A stretch of 64,000 bases of DNA from NCBI RefSeq assembly GCF_009914755.1, contig NC_060928.1, one strand, 5' to 3'. This document shows positions 31,823 to 47,708 of the stretch, piece by piece; positions within the stretch are counted from its first letter, which is position 1, and every line of letters begins with the position of its first letter. The DNA is from the human T2T-CHM13v2.0 reference genome, Homo sapiens. A model generated the notes under the pieces. The model made no database searches and was not told the origin of the DNA. It was given only the letters and a program-made list of their open reading frames with translations. The position numbers and the translations under genes are program-made.

Positions 31823-32084
31823 CAGAGTTTCTCAGCTTCTGTACTATCGACATTTTGGGCTAGATAATGCTTTGTTGTGCAGAGACTGTCCTGTACATTG
31901 TAGGATATTTAGCAGCATCTCTGCTCTCTTACCCACTAGGTGCCAGTAGCAGCGTCAATTCCCCGTTCCCCTCACCCCACCCTACCCCTGGCCCCCAAGT
32001 TGTGACAACCAAAACTATCTCCAGATGTTGCCAAATGTCCAGTTGGTGATTGGGGAACAAAACATCTGAGGTTGAGAACCACTG
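31823..32084. mobile_element. MER20 hAT DNA transposon
   Basis: cagagtttctcagc...gacattttgggctagataatgctttgttgt...gttgtgacaaccaaaa...gttgagaaccactg. Confidence 0.8.
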
Positions 32085-32325
32085 CTTTAGATCAATCCAA
32101 GTTCTAGCAGATGAGAATAACTCCATTCTTCTTTTGATGTATTTATTAATATTTTTAAGCCTTGAAATGAAAAATTGCTTTTTAAGCATTAGAAAATGCA
32201 TACTCTTCTTTTGAAAGCCTAGCAATAAATCCCATAACTATCAGGGTCTTCGTTTCCTCATCTTGAGCCTTATTTCAAGGCTCCCTCTGTTCTAAATTCT
32301 GACCTTGAAAACTCTATTCCTACCT

Positions 32326-32480
32326 CTTTCTTTTTTTGGACAGGGTCTCACTCTGTGGCCCAGGCTGGAGTTCAGTGGCGCAATCACAGCTAACTGTACC
32401 CTCGACCTCCTGGACTCAAGAGATCCTTCCACCTCAGCCTCCTAAGTAGCTGGGACCACACTTGACTAATTTTTGTATCT
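32326..32480 (-). mobile_element. Alu right-monomer fragment
   Basis: gacagggtctcactctg...ctaatttttgtat; no left arm. Confidence 0.85.
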
Positions 32481-34472
32481 ATATCTTTCATTTCACCAAA
32501 GATTTAAAACAATTTCTCACTATGAAGAAACTTATACAAGCAATATACATTCAACAGGAAAAATGAGGAAATTCAGATAAGCAAAAAAAGAAAGAAAGGA
32601 AAAGAAGTATCAGTTGTGTTTCCATTAGTTAGAACTACCTAGGGCTAACATGATGATGAGTGGGTTTTCAGATGTTTTTGGAATGCATGTTTGTGTGTAC
32701 ATACACAAATATACATGCAGTCACACAATACACACATTTTATTTCTTGTGTGCTTATCATTTTTTCATGGTATATCATTTTTTCATGGTCATTAGTTCTA
32801 GCTATCTCCAGACTTGATGCTAGACTATACATTTTTTCTCATGTATGACATTCCTCAAGAAGTGGTTCGACTCATATGTCTTTCTTTACCTACCACCTAG
32901 ATAAGCCCCAAATTCACACTGTTACTCCTTTATTTCTCCACAGAAAAATAACTTTCATTACATGTACAAATGACAATTAAGCCAATTAGAGTAAACAACT
33001 TTTGGTCAATTCAGCTCTCACTTTGCCAGGAACCAATGGCCATCCTCAGTTTTTTTTAAGTATGGAGGTTTGGAAGTCAAATTTGACGCCTTTCTTCCTT
33101 TCCTGTCCCCACCCCTGCCCACAGTCACTTCCACAATCTCTTGCTTTTTCTTTGGACCTATTTCCAGGGTCACACGCAGTCAGGTCCTAATTATTTTGTT
33201 CCAGGTATGCTGTTTCCTAGCATCTCTCCTGCCAATCACTTTGATCGAGATAGTACTCTCCTCTTTTCAGAAACCTACAATGACTACCCATTGCTTCTTG
33301 TATCACAAGCTGAATCTCTCTAATGAGCTTTGAGGGGCTTCCACACTCCCCTGGGTCCTCCTCCCTGAGCTGTGTCTTCCTCAGGTTGCACTTTTTGTTC
33401 CTTATTAACCCTTCGCAACCCAGTTTCCCTACTCCCCTTTCTGATCAACAGTCCATTAAAAATAAGGTAAAACAATGCACAGTGCTGACGTCTTTTTAAA
33501 AAGAAGAAAACCCTAGGACACTAATACAATTATCCTTTTGCTTATGCTTCAGTTATCGGTTGTAACTACTTGTTACATTAATTGGGTGTATCTTTGTTAC
33601 AGAGGATTAATAAATGTTTTATTTATTTATTTTAGTTTCAAAAACATGCCTTGAAATTTCACCAGATTGGGTGAAACGTGTTTACAATACTAGGAAGTGA
33701 ACAGCAGGCACTAATTTTTTGTAGCAGTATTTCTCATCAAGGCACATGCATTTACCTAATCCAAAAGATGGCTAGCTTTCTCAGTTAAAAGGTATACAGA
33801 GAAATAACCCTTGCATTTGATCATTGTAACTTGGACAACATTTCACTCTATTGAATATAAACGGGAATCTGTATGCTGTTATTATTTTAAAAAAAATTTT
33901 TTAATCCAGCTTTTAGTAGAGGATAAACTTCTTAATGGCAAGGACCATGGCTTTTACTTCCTTTGTGAGGCTCACAATAATGGGAACACAGCTTCATGTG
34001 CAATTGGTCTTCAATAAATGTTGCTAGGTGATTCATATTTGAATGGGAAATGGAAAGAAAAGCCTGACGGACTTAAAGGATTTGTGTGCATGCATCTTGC
34101 TGTGAATAATACAAATGTGGAGAGAGATGACTAAGTGGACAGCATAGGGCATAGAGAGCTTTGGCCCCTGAAATACTCAGTAACAGGAAGTTACAGTGTG
34201 ACTAACTGTAACCAGGTTGTGAAATGGAAAGCAGAGGAACTGGAGGATGTACTGGAAGAACTCAGGGGTGCACACAGAAGTGAACTGCAGCATCAAAGAT
34301 GTAATGCCTTTCCGGGTGAGAACTTCAGAAGGAAGGACAGCACAGGGGACAAAGGAAGGGATAGAAATGATAAGTGTCTTAAAATGAAAAGGTGATGGAA
34401 AGAATTCTTAAGGCAGAAATAAAAATCCTATCAATAACAAGGTTGGGTTTAGAGTTAAAAAAATAATCACAC

Positions 34473-34761
34473 GGCCGGGCACAGTGGTTCATGCCTGTAA
34501 TCCCAGCACTTTGGGAGGCTGAGGTGGGTAGATCACCTAAGGTCAGGAGTTTGAGACCAGTCTGGCCAACATGGCAACACCCCGTCTATACTAAAAATAT
34601 TAAAAAAATTAGCCGGGCATGGTGGTGGGCGCCTGTAATCCCAGCTACTCAGGAGACTGAGGCAGGAAGAATTGCTTGAACCCAGAAGGTAGACGTTGCA
34701 GTGAGCTGAGATTGTGCCACTGCACTCCAGCCTGGGAGACAGAGTGAGACTCCATCTCAAA

Positions 34762-34791
<30 letters not shown>
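34473..34791 (+). mobile_element. Alu (AluS-like) with (TAAA)n tail
   Basis: TSD aaataatcac on both sides. Confidence 0.93.
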
Positions 34792-34792
<1 letters not shown>

Positions 34793-35094
34793 CACGCAGA
34801 TATTTTGTTTCCTACTTTAAATAAAAGCAAGGCTTCACATTTGACCACAGAATGTTGTATTGCTTCTCTGCTATGTGGCACAGCTTTGATATCAGGTCCA
34901 GGACTGCTAAGTGAAAGAAAAGAAATTTCTGGTATGTTTGGAGCCTATGATTTCATCCCTCCTCTCACTCCAGCACATCTGATCTATGTATCCTCAAAAA
35001 TGGAGCTGCTCACCTTTGCCAGCTCAGTTCTTCCCATCCTAAGCTTTCCTGAGCCAGTACCACTTAAGCATGTTATAAAATGCCAAAGCCATTC

Positions 35095-35625
35095 ATGGTC
35101 ATTATGGTGTCCACAAATATGTTCACAAATTCTTGACACTCCCTTCAGAAGGGAGAACCTAATCCCTCTCTCCTGGAGTGTGGCTGGACTTAAATTATTT
35201 TGCTTCTAATGAATGAAACAATGAAGAAACGAAGGTGTGTGATTTCGATAGTATGTCATGAAATGAACTGTGGCTTCCTCCTTGGTCTCTCTTGAAGCTG
35301 ACTCAGGGGAAGCCAGCTGCCATGTCATGAGAAAACTTAAGCAGCCCTGTGGGGAGGTCCATGTGGTGAGGAACTGAGGCCTCCAGTCAGCAGCCATGGG
35401 AGGGAGCCACATATGAAGTAGAGTCTCCAGCCCCAGTCAAGCCTTCAGATGACTGCAGCCCACTTGACAGCTTCACGGTAGCCTTATGGAAGAGCCTGAG
35501 CCATAACCACCCAGCTAAGCTGCTCCTGCATTCCCTTGAAAACCATGTAAGATAATAAATGTTTGTTGTTTGAAGTGGCTATGTTTTGAGCATAAGTTGT
35601 TACACAGCAATAGATAACTAATATG
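35095..35625 (+). mobile_element. MaLR solo LTR (MLT1F-like)
   Basis: ggggaagccagctgccatgt, gaggaactgaggcctcca, cttcagatgactgcagccc, aataaatgtttgttgttt and ending gcaatagataactaata. Confidence 0.8.
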
Positions 35626-36427
35626 GTAATCTTTCCAATAGAGCTCTTCTTTACTTTGGAGTTAAGTTTTTAAGTTTTATTAAAAGGTCTTTTCATTATT
35701 TTGGAATATGTGTTTACCTGCATTTAATATGTAAATGGATCAGATGTTATAAAATGTTCAGGTAAATTAAATCCCACCTTCTTTTTTAGCTTCTGATTTT
35801 AACAAAGAGAAATGATTTTTCTCATCTACTGAGGTACCAGAAACAATGAGGGTACTGTAAGGCCTCAAAGAGTCTAACAGACCTCTAGAGTTAGGAGTGG
35901 GGAGTGGCTAGATTATGTCTTGAGATGTTTTCCTCATTTAAAATCATTTAACATAAACAAAAAAGATGGCATTTTAATATTGTACTTTAAAATATGAAAA
36001 ATAAATAGTTTTTATTTTAAATAGAGGTAAATTATGCAGGAGGAACAATCTTGTCAGAGCCAAGATTGATTTTTTTTAAAAAAATCACCAGTGAAACTTG
36101 CTAACAGTTGGCTTTTAAAAGAGAACAGTAATACACTTTTACCATTTTGTTTACAGTCCCTGTCTATAAAATTTTCACATATATATGATAATATATTTCT
36201 TCCAGAATCTTTCTATCTTTGTATGCACAATGCCTAGACACCACAGGCACATAAAATATGTTGAATGAATGAATGAATGAATGAAACTGGCTTAAAGGAA
36301 AACTGAAGAAACTTACACTCTCCTAGAGGATTAAAAAAGTACAAATCACACGATATGATTAATGTTTTTAATTTTAAAAACACAGTACATCCTATGGGTC
36401 TGATACTATTTTAAATGCTTAACGTAA

Positions 36428-36780
<353 letters not shown>

Positions 36781-37587
36781 ATCATCCCCATCTTCTAGAT
36801 GAAAACCTAAAGTACAAACAGGTTATATAACCCGCCCAAGGTCCTGCAAGTTCTGAAGTGGTAAAGTCAGGATTTGAAGATCTGTTGTGGCTTCAGAGCT
36901 GACTCCCGACCTCTACACTCTGCCACCCTCCCTACGAAGGCAGCTCCTTATATGATCCTACCTGATGTCATACCTAGGCAGTTCTCAAGTCAGGAGAAGG
37001 TGGAAGTGGTGGGAGCGCTGCAAAAACGGAGAGAACTGTGACTGCTTTGCAGTGTTTTGGGGAATTGTGTTTATTCACCAGTTTCTCTCACTAGACCGCC
37101 AATTTAACACTCTGCCAACTGTCCAATTATTCATGTTCACGTGGAGCTAAGTGGGTTCTTCTCCAGCTGCACACCTTTCTTTCTCAACATAATTAATGAG
37201 GCTCATCAAAACCCTAGAAAACAAGCCCAGCGCACCAGCCACTCTCATTGACATGTTAATAGGGGGTCAGGTGCTCCTGACCTCACAGCAGGATGTTTAT
37301 ATGGCCCCAGGGCTGCTCACAAATGTTATATGTTGACTACAGGGTGTCATGAATAAGGGCGTTCCTTTCCCAGTAAGCAGCTGCACTACACACAAATGGC
37401 CATGGAAATCTCTGAAGGCAGTGAGCCACACAGATCAGGTGAATTCTAACAGCATGGGCACAAAGCCGGCTGGGTTGGCTTATCCAGAGCCTGGCCAGGC
37501 GGAGGGCACTGGAAAGCACTAATTCATTCCATCCAGTGTAGGATTACATAGTTTTTAAAAGGCAATGTAAAGAGTAAGAGACTCACA

Positions 37588-37620
<33 letters not shown>

Positions 37621-37683
37621 TCACCTCTGGTCTTGCCTATTACTTTTCTGATCACAGAACTGATTTTTGGTGTTTTTCTAACT

Positions 37684-38015
37684 CGCGCTGTTCAACACAG
37701 TAGCCACTAGCCACATGTGGCTGTTGAACACTTGAAATGTGGCTGGTCCGAATTGGGCTGTGCTATAAGCATAACAGGCACATCAGATTTCAAACACTTG
37801 GTATGAAAAAAAAAGTATGTAAAATATGCCATTAGTAATCTTTATATTGATTACATGTTAACATAATCATATTTTAAATATACTGGGTTAAATAAAAATA
37901 TATTAAGATGAATGTCACCAGCTGCTTTTTACCTTTTGCAACATGGCCAATAGAAATTTAAAAATCACATAGTTTGCACTGGTGGCTTGCATTCTATTTT
38001 GATTGGACAGTGCTG
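37684..38015 (-). mobile_element. MER33 hAT DNA transposon
   Basis: gtagccactagccacatgtggct...cacttgaaatgtggct...atattgattacatgtt...attggacagtgctg; about 330 bp. Confidence 0.8.
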
Positions 38016-40919
38016 CTCTAGAGTTTGGAAACTCTAAACCTGTCACTGCTTTGAGAGGGATGCAAGGGGCAAGTGTGTTTCCAAGTCTTGTCTCTGGACT
38101 TTTTCTGCCACACTAATGAAACTCTTACCAATGGGTGATATTGAAACTAACACTATCTACCAGGAAGGCTGCAATACACTCAGATGTGAATCGCCTCCTG
38201 TTCCAGGGCCTTCAATCACCCTTCTATTCGCAGGCTTTGAAGTACAGGCTCTGACTGGCCCCAGCAAGAGCACACTTTGGCACTCTGTGGCACATGTAAC
38301 TCATTCTTATTGCACTGATCTAAAACCTAGCTCTCACTCACAGTGGCTTTTAGGGAATGATCATGTGGACCCAGGCTGCCACCGATGGCTGTGCAGTTTG
38401 TGCCTGGCACAACAGTGTCCAGCAGAGGGTACACAAGGGGTTGCCATCACACCTGGGGTGCCTGCAGGCTGGGGCTGCAGTTTATCGGCTCAGAGGCGTT
38501 GCCTGAAGTGGACTGCACTCTACACCCAAGGCAATCTTTTTTCTTGCACCCCTGACTAACTTCCACATGGCACTGAAAGTACTCCTGGCCTAGCAAGCCC
38601 ATTAAAACATCCTTTGTATGAATTGGCCAGAGCCCAGTGCAGAAAAGCAGGCCATATAAATTCCCAAACATCTCAGATCTAAGAAGAGCATTTAGAGAAT
38701 GCAGATATGTTTATAAAACCTCCTGTAGGAAATCATGATATTAATAAATGGGAGTTATTAGTTTGGATATAATTTGGGGTCACTATTTACTGCTGACTAA
38801 ATAAAACATATAGGTAAATTGCATAATCTCATGTGTCATATTAACTAATCATGACAATGTATTGGAAATCTAACTAACATGAAAGATATTTTGATTCTCT
38901 ATGTACTAGATCCGCTGCAAACCATTTGTTGTCATAAAGAGGATGAATTCTAGAGAATCTTGCCCAGGAACCAAAATATAATAGAGTATCTTTGTATAGG
39001 AAAGCAGCATTTCCCCCCACCCCCCGAAGAGTATTATAACCTCTAGAAGAGCCCAGAGTTGTATGAATAGTTAATGAACGATGACATAATATACTTTAAA
39101 GCTTGGAACTGTTTAAAGTGTGCTCCAAAAGACTATCTTTAGAAAGGACTCTCTTCAAATAATTGCTAAGATATGATGAAGTAAATCTTTATAATAAAAA
39201 TATTAAGCAAAAGGAACATATGATAGTCTGTTATTACTCTAAGAAAAACAACCACTTTCATAGTGATATGAATTTACTAAAAAATAAACACCTAAAAACA
39301 AAAAGCCCAACCATAAAGCACAGAGTAGCTATTTGTGGCTCAATGCTGCGAAAACTTTTTAAAAAATAGCCATGAGCTTGCTTCACACCTTTTGCAGAGT
39401 GTGGGACAAGTAGTACCTCAGAAAACTGGAAATATAAAACAGAAGAATAAGATAAATAATAGCAAAGTAAATTACGTGTTTAAATTGCTTTTAAATATAC
39501 TGTAAATAAGATTTGATTATTTACATGTATACATGTGATCATCTTTCAGAAACTATTATACCATCCCAATATTTAATCTTATGATCATAAATATTTGATT
39601 CATTTCCTTTTATCTTGTCATTTATTCAAGCACCAAGTTCTGTTACTTCTTCCCTCTAAATGCCACTATGGCCATTGTTCTCTTAAATTTTAACTGCTGT
39701 GTCCAGATAGACATTCTTACTGTCTCACACTCAAAATAGTAGAAAGTCCTCTAAATGTTCTCCCATTCAAATTTTGCCTCGCTATTCCGCACCGGAACCC
39801 TTCCCTCCAGCCTGGCTATAATCTAAGTTGGCCACGGAAGGAATAATGCTTTGCCGCCAGCAGGATGCCTTTCTACCCACCCTCTATCCCGCCAACTCCT
39901 ACTCATTCTTGGTCTATCTCGAAGCTCAGTTGCCCTCTGGAGGCTGCTCTTGTCTTCTCCAGGCTGCACTGACCCTTGCTGTTCTCCCTGCCCTGAATCC
40001 TGAATGTAAAATTTAGTAAGGTAGCACTGACTACTCGCTCCCTTGTATCGCCCTTATCTCCCTGACCAGACTGCACATTGCTGGACACTCTAGGTTACAC
40101 TGTTTTGGTATCTTGCTTTGGTCCATAATATCATGACTTTGAGGAGTGAATATACACAGGGAGGATATGATTGGCCATTTTACAATTTTCTACACCTGTG
40201 TCGAACCCTTAGGCTAGTAGGCTCCTCTTGGGAAAAAATAAAGCTGGGCCTACTCTCTTACCTGTGAGTGCACTGGGTAGGGGCCTAGGGTGTAGCAGAA
40301 TGCACCTTGAAAGGAAGGGAATCTAAGAGTCTGGAAATGGAATGAAGTTGGGCATCCGGCTGAGGCAACATCTCCCTGAAGCTCAGGAGCACCTGGGAAA
40401 GTTGCTTGTCTGCCATCCTTGATGTGATTGAGCATCAGAACACGGAACACAGGGTTGTGGCTGACCTCTGTGCCTGAGAGCAGTCTTGCTCTGAGGAGAA
40501 CAGCCCGAAAGAGGCCCTACATAAGCCTTGTGTCGCCTTTAATGTGTGTAGTATCCATTCCTTTGCGGTCTGTCTTTCTATAGATCTTAAGGAAAGCAGC
40601 CTGGCACTATAAGACTGTGCCCTTAAATCCTGAGACAGAAAAATGAATAACAAACCCTCTCTTGGAGGAAAAATCCCACTCTTCACCACATTGGGACTGG
40701 GGAGGAGGGACCACTGGAGGATAGACTACTTTGTCCTATTCAGAGAATCAACAGGACAATAACTGCCATATTTAAACATATACAAATATTTAGCAATGAA
40801 ATAAACACAGGCTGCTTGAACTGCAGTCTCAGTGTTATGTTGCTTTTTGTTTGTTTGTTTTGCGCCCAGCCCGCAGTGTTATCTTATGTACTATTTCTCC
40901 ATTTGAAAATGGTAGTGGT

Positions 40920-41201
40920 GGCCGGGTGCAGTGGCTCACGCTTGTAATTCCAGCAATCTGGGAAGCTGAGGCAGATGAGTCACTTGAGGTCAGGAGTTCG
41001 AGACCAGCCTGGCCAACATGGTGAAACCCCATGTCTACTAAAAATACAAAAATTAGTGGGGCATCATGGTGTATGCCTTTAATCTCAGCTACTCAGGAGG
41101 ATGAGGCTCAAGAATCGCTTGAGCCCAGGAGGCAGAGGTTGCAGTGAGCCAAGATTGTGCCACTGCACTCCAGCCTGGGTGACAAAGTGAGGCTCTGACT
41201 G

Positions 41202-41240
<39 letters not shown>

Positions 41241-41245
41241 GAAAG
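40920..41245 (+). mobile_element. Alu (AluS-like)
   Basis: Near-TSD gaaaatggtagtggtg / gaaaatggtggtggtg; A/(GAAAA) tail. Confidence 0.93.
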
Positions 41246-41329
41246 AAAATGGTGGTGGTGGTAGTGGTTGGGAGAAAATGGTCGTGGTGGTGATAGTGGT
41301 TGGGAGATGTGGGCGGGGGGGTGGGGATG

Positions 41330-41465
41330 TTCATTAAAATGCACATTCCCAGGCCTCATCCCAGATCTACAGATTCTGGGCCTTTGGCAGTGGAATCTGA
41401 TTACCTGCATCTTGAATGCTTTCCCCAGGTGATTCTTAGGCCCATAAATGTTTCAGAACCACTGT
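41330..41465. mobile_element. MER5-family fragment
   Basis: ttaaaatgcacattcccaggcctcatcccaga...ccccaggtgattctt...agaaccactg. Confidence 0.65.
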
Positions 41466-41550
41466 TCGATGGGTTATCAGCTCTCTCAGCAAACAAGAAT
41501 ATTCTCATCCCCTAAAACCTTTAAGGAGTATTTTCATAGGAGTGCAATTA

Positions 41551-41904
<354 letters not shown>

Positions 41905-43335
41905 CTAAAATGTTTCCTTTTCTGCTGCTTTCTCTTAGCCTCATATTTCTAAAACTCTGACAGAATATCAGTTTCCAAAATATGCCAGGATGTACACGGA
42001 AATGAGGTATTTTACCCATCAGCAGGGGCACTGCACTTAAGATCTGGATTTTGGGGCCCTTCTGCTTGCTGGTTTCCCCTCAGCAGGGAAGGCCTGGATT
42101 CAGTCAGTGAGGAGTGTTCTGTCCATATTCCACCTTGCCCCTGAGTGGCCAGGTACTACTGGCTTAGTCAGAGTCATGAACCTAAACTGTTTTCATAGTC
42201 CTTGAAGTAAGTCAGTATTTCAAGATTCTGAAAACTACTCAATAGTTATAATCACAAAATCTTCTTCCAAAATAGCATGATGATCATGTTGACACTGTTG
42301 TCTTTTTCAATACATGTATTTGACATGTGTAAATTTTGTGTTAAGAGAGCACTTTTGGTTTTGTGAAACCCACTCTATTGGAGCCAAAAGTGTTAGAAAC
42401 AATAATGTGAATTCTGCTGTAAAATTATAAATTTCAATTTGGACAATATTCGATATTCAACAGAAAAGTGTTGAAAATCACTGAAGGAGCCTCTGGTAGA
42501 ATGAACACCCACATTAATCTTGGCTTCCTCCGATGCTCCAGTACAATCACAATACAGGAATAAAAATGACATAAATATTTAAGAACAAAGAAGATGGGAG
42601 ATGGCAATAGGAATTGAGGGGTGTCAACAAAATTTTGGGAGATGAAAATCAGCTGGCTGAGTGGTAAACGACTTAGCAGCTTAGAGAAAGCTGAATCTAA
42701 TCCTGCAGTAGAAGAAGCCAAAAATCAAGCAAGATGATTCAAGCTAAACAACGCTGTGAAGACTTAGGAACCAGAGGCACCTCTGAATGCCAGGGTAGAT
42801 GGGAGTGCAAAAAGGAAAACTGGCTGCAATCCTGTATAATTAAGAATCGGACCAGATACCCTCCCTCAGACAAGAAGAAGGCGGGTGGATTACTCTGCAG
42901 AGATGAAACCACAGGACTCTGGAATCCTGGATCCCAGGCCTAGCCAGAGTGGGTTGAGGAGCCATATGAAAACAGGGAGATTAAGTGAAAGTCTACATAG
43001 AACTTAGTAAGACACGCCCCTCAGCATCACCACCATTTCTTACCTCCCTACCCTTATTCAGCTCCAGAAAGCCAGCATCCAAGTTTACAACCCTCAGCCA
43101 TGAGATGGAAGTCTTTCCTGTCTAGCTTAAGGGAAAACAATCTACAAACATTGACCCAGTGAAATGGGCAGGTTCTAGGCGAATCACCCTATAACAAAGC
43201 ACCACACTTTACAAGCCCCATCTAAGCACACAGAGCAACTAATTAGCTTTATTTTGCCTCTCTCTTAAACAGATATTTGAGAAAAGCTTCTTTTATGAAA
43301 GAAAGAAAAACAAGCATATGAAAAAATATGCTTAG

Positions 43336-43665
<330 letters not shown>

Positions 43666-44238
43666 TGGAAAGCTTCATTTTAAAATGATAATTAATAGCC
43701 TTGGATTGAAAAGGATAAATTAGAGTATAGAAAGAGCCTATGGAAATTAAAAATGTGATAAAATGAAATATTTAATAATTGGGTTGGAAGATGAAGGAAA
43801 TCTCAGAGCATAGAGCAAAAGGACAAAGACATGAAAAATAGAAAAGATATGAAAATCAGAGTACAATCCAGAAGGTTTAATACATAATAAACAGAAGTTT
43901 CAGAAAGTTAAAAAAGGAGAAAAAAGAAGAGAGAAATTACCAAAGAAATAATCTAAGAACATATCCAAGATCTTAAGGACACACAATTCCAGATTTTTTT
44001 TTTAAAAAGTGCATAGTACTAGATACAGTGAATGAAAAAGAGCTGCAATAAGGTGTATCATCATGAAATTTCAGGGTAAAGAATATTAGAAAAGTTATCA
44101 GAGTGAAAAAAAAACAGGTTACACACATAGGGTGGGGAATCCAAATGGCCCTGGACTTAATAGTAGGGAAGTCAGAGGACCATGAAGAAATGCCTTTAAA
44201 ATTCTAATTAAATGTGTTTTCTAAACTGTAACTCTATA

Positions 44239-44563
<325 letters not shown>

Positions 44564-45562
44564 CCTATAATTCTACATCAGGTAAACTATTAATCAAATG
44601 TAAGGATAAAGACAGTCTCAAAAATTGGTTCCATAGGAACAATCTCCCATTTACCCTTTTGTAAGAAACTATGAGGACTTCCACCAATTTGAGGGAATAA
44701 TTCAAGAAAGAGGTGGGATCGAGAAAACAGACGACGCAACACAGAACGGTGGTGAAACGTTCCAAGAATGATGGTGAAGGGTGATTGCAAGACTTCCGTT
44801 AAGCAGCAGACCAAGAAAACTGCAGGACAGAAGTGGACAGAACCAACAGGGCAGAGAACTTCAGGAGAGAAGGAAAGACGGAGGGAGGGAGAGAGGGAAA
44901 AGAAAAGGAAACATGAGAAAAACTATATTATCTGATGTGCTTGATCATATTGAATGTTTTACATGGTCAGAAAAGTTTAAGGATGGATCAAAAGTAGGTA
45001 CAGAGACAATACATGCCCCTCACCCTGCCCAAAAGGGCAATCATAAATTCCAAGGAAAACAAAAAGCTATACAAGTAAGGAAACAAAATCATAGTATACT
45101 ACATGGCTAAACTGTGAGGCACTATGCAAAAATTAGTCTTTTAAACATGGGCTACTTTTTAAAATCATGATTTGTAATATAGCTAGTTACACTGAGAGGA
45201 TGGGGAAGAGAAAGAGAGAGACTGTGTGTGGGGGGGTTGTGTATGTTTGTCAGGAGGTAGTATAAGTAGCTGCACCCCCCATCTTCTGTAGAATTGAGTA
45301 ACTGAAAACTTGAGAAATGCAATTTATGGAGATAAATGAGAAGACAACATGGAAGTGGCTGCCTTTGGCAAGCAGAAATTAAGAGTGGCGTGGGTGAGGC
45401 AGGAGACTACTGTTTCTCATCAAAATCCCCCTAGCAGTATTTGACTTTCTGAGCTGTGCATGTGTATTACTTGGATAAGGTAAATAATATATACATCAAG
45501 GAAACTGAAAAAAGGGGTTCCAGGTTCTTAAAGTTTTTTTTTTTTTAAATAATTGCTTGTCT

Positions 45563-45855
45563 TTTTTTTTTTTTTTTTTTTTGAGAGTTTTGCTCTTGTT
45601 GCCCAGGCTGGAGTGCAATGGGCAGTCACTGAAACCCCTGCCTCCCAGGTTCAAGTGATTCTCCTGCCTCAGACTCCCAATTAGCTGGGATTACAGGCAC
45701 CTGCCACCACTCCCATATAATTTTTTTGTATTTTTAGTAGAGATGGGGTTTCACCATGTTGGTCAGGCTGCTCTCGAACTCCTGACCTCAGGTGATCCAC
45801 CCGACTCGGCCTCCTAAAGTGCTGGGATTACAGGCGTGAGCCACCACGCCTGGCT
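45563..45855 (-). mobile_element. Alu (AluS-like)
   Basis: Poly-T plus reverse Alu with a small internal deletion. Confidence 0.92.
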
Positions 45856-46714
45856 GCTTAAAGTTAAGGAAAATGTATCTTCCAAGAGATTTCCATGATG
45901 GCTATGAATTTTGCAGCTCTGTTCTTTCTCTGGAGATTTTATGACTAAAAAGCTTATAATAATATACCACACAGGGCATTCCACAAATTCTGGTAAAATA
46001 AAATTGAAAGTGAAAAACATTCTGTAAAATATGAGCACATATACTCATTATGATGCACACAGCCACATGTAGAAAACATACGTGTAAAGAATAAAGTAGC
46101 AGAGTCACCTATGATGTATCTAGTCCTAAGACTGCAAGTATGAAAAATTAACACCACATTTTGGAAATGATTCCCTTTCTGCTCTTCCCCACAGGAGTTA
46201 TTCTTGGGCTCTGGGCTGGCCTGTGACCGTCCTTGACCAGCAAGTGGTCTCTGCTTTTGGTTTACTTCTTTCATAGTTGCTCCATTGTTTTTTGTTTGTC
46301 AGACACAGGGATTGTGGTTGCCTTCCCAGCAATCTCACTGTTGTTCCGCTGGTTCAAGATAATCACCTCCTATCAAAGGATTCATTCTAGACTTGCCTTT
46401 TCAGCTTTTCTATTTGATCTCAAAAGCGGCTCTGTGTTATTTGTGCTAATGCTTTCTCCATTGGAGCTGATAATCAACTGTAATCATATTTTTGACCCAA
46501 ACTTTGATGATCACCATCAAATGATTTATTGAATATCCTTATGTTTAAGACACAGTGCTAGGCACTATGCAAAAATCAGCTAAAGTGTGTGTGTAAGAGA
46601 GAAGAGAGAGAGATCCTGCCCTTGAGAAACAACAGGATTAGGACGGAAAAAAACCAGATGTGACCATAGTAAGTTCTATTTCATAACAAAAACACATATT
46701 TTAAAAATTGGAGA

Positions 46715-47220
46715 ACATGTAGTGTATATTTCAAATAGTTACAAGTGAGGACTTGAAACGTTCCCATCACATAGAAATAATAAATACTCAGGCCGGGTGC
46801 GGTGGCTCACGCCTGTAATCCCAGCACTATGGGAAGCCAAGGCAGGAAGATCGCTTCAGTTCAGTGGTTGGACACTAGACTGGGCAACATAGTGAGACCT
46901 TGTCTCTACTGAAAATTAAAAAAAAAAAATTAGCCAGGTATGGTGGCACATGCCTGTAGTCCCAGCTGCTTGGGGTATGAGGTGGGAAGATGGCTTGAGT
47001 CCAGGAATTCAAAGCTGCAGTGAGCTATGATAGTGCCACTACACTCCAGTCTGGGCAACAAAGTGAGACTCTTTCTCAAAAAAAGAAAGAAAGAAAGAAT
47101 AAATACAGTGATGGATGCCCTAAATACCCTGACTTGATCATTACATATTCTATGCCTGTAACAAAATATCACATGTACCCCATAAATATGTGTAAATATT
47201 ATGTATTAATGTTTAAAAAG
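46715..47220 (+). mobile_element. L1 3' end (L1MA-type) split by an Alu
   Basis: gtgtatatttcaaatag...gaggacttgaaa...taccctgacttgatcattacatatt...aaaatatcacatgtaccccataaatatg. Confidence 0.8.
46791..47098 (+). mobile_element. Alu (AluJ-like)
   Basis: TSD aataaatac; gcttgagtccaggaattc. Confidence 0.92.
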
Positions 47221-47313
47221 TGAAGCTGGTAAGAAGAAAATTAGAGACAATCTGGGAGGTTTAGTCCATGATGAATAGAAGTTCCAGAAGGTTTTAAAAC
47301 AAAAAAAAAAGTA

Positions 47314-47708
<395 letters not shown>

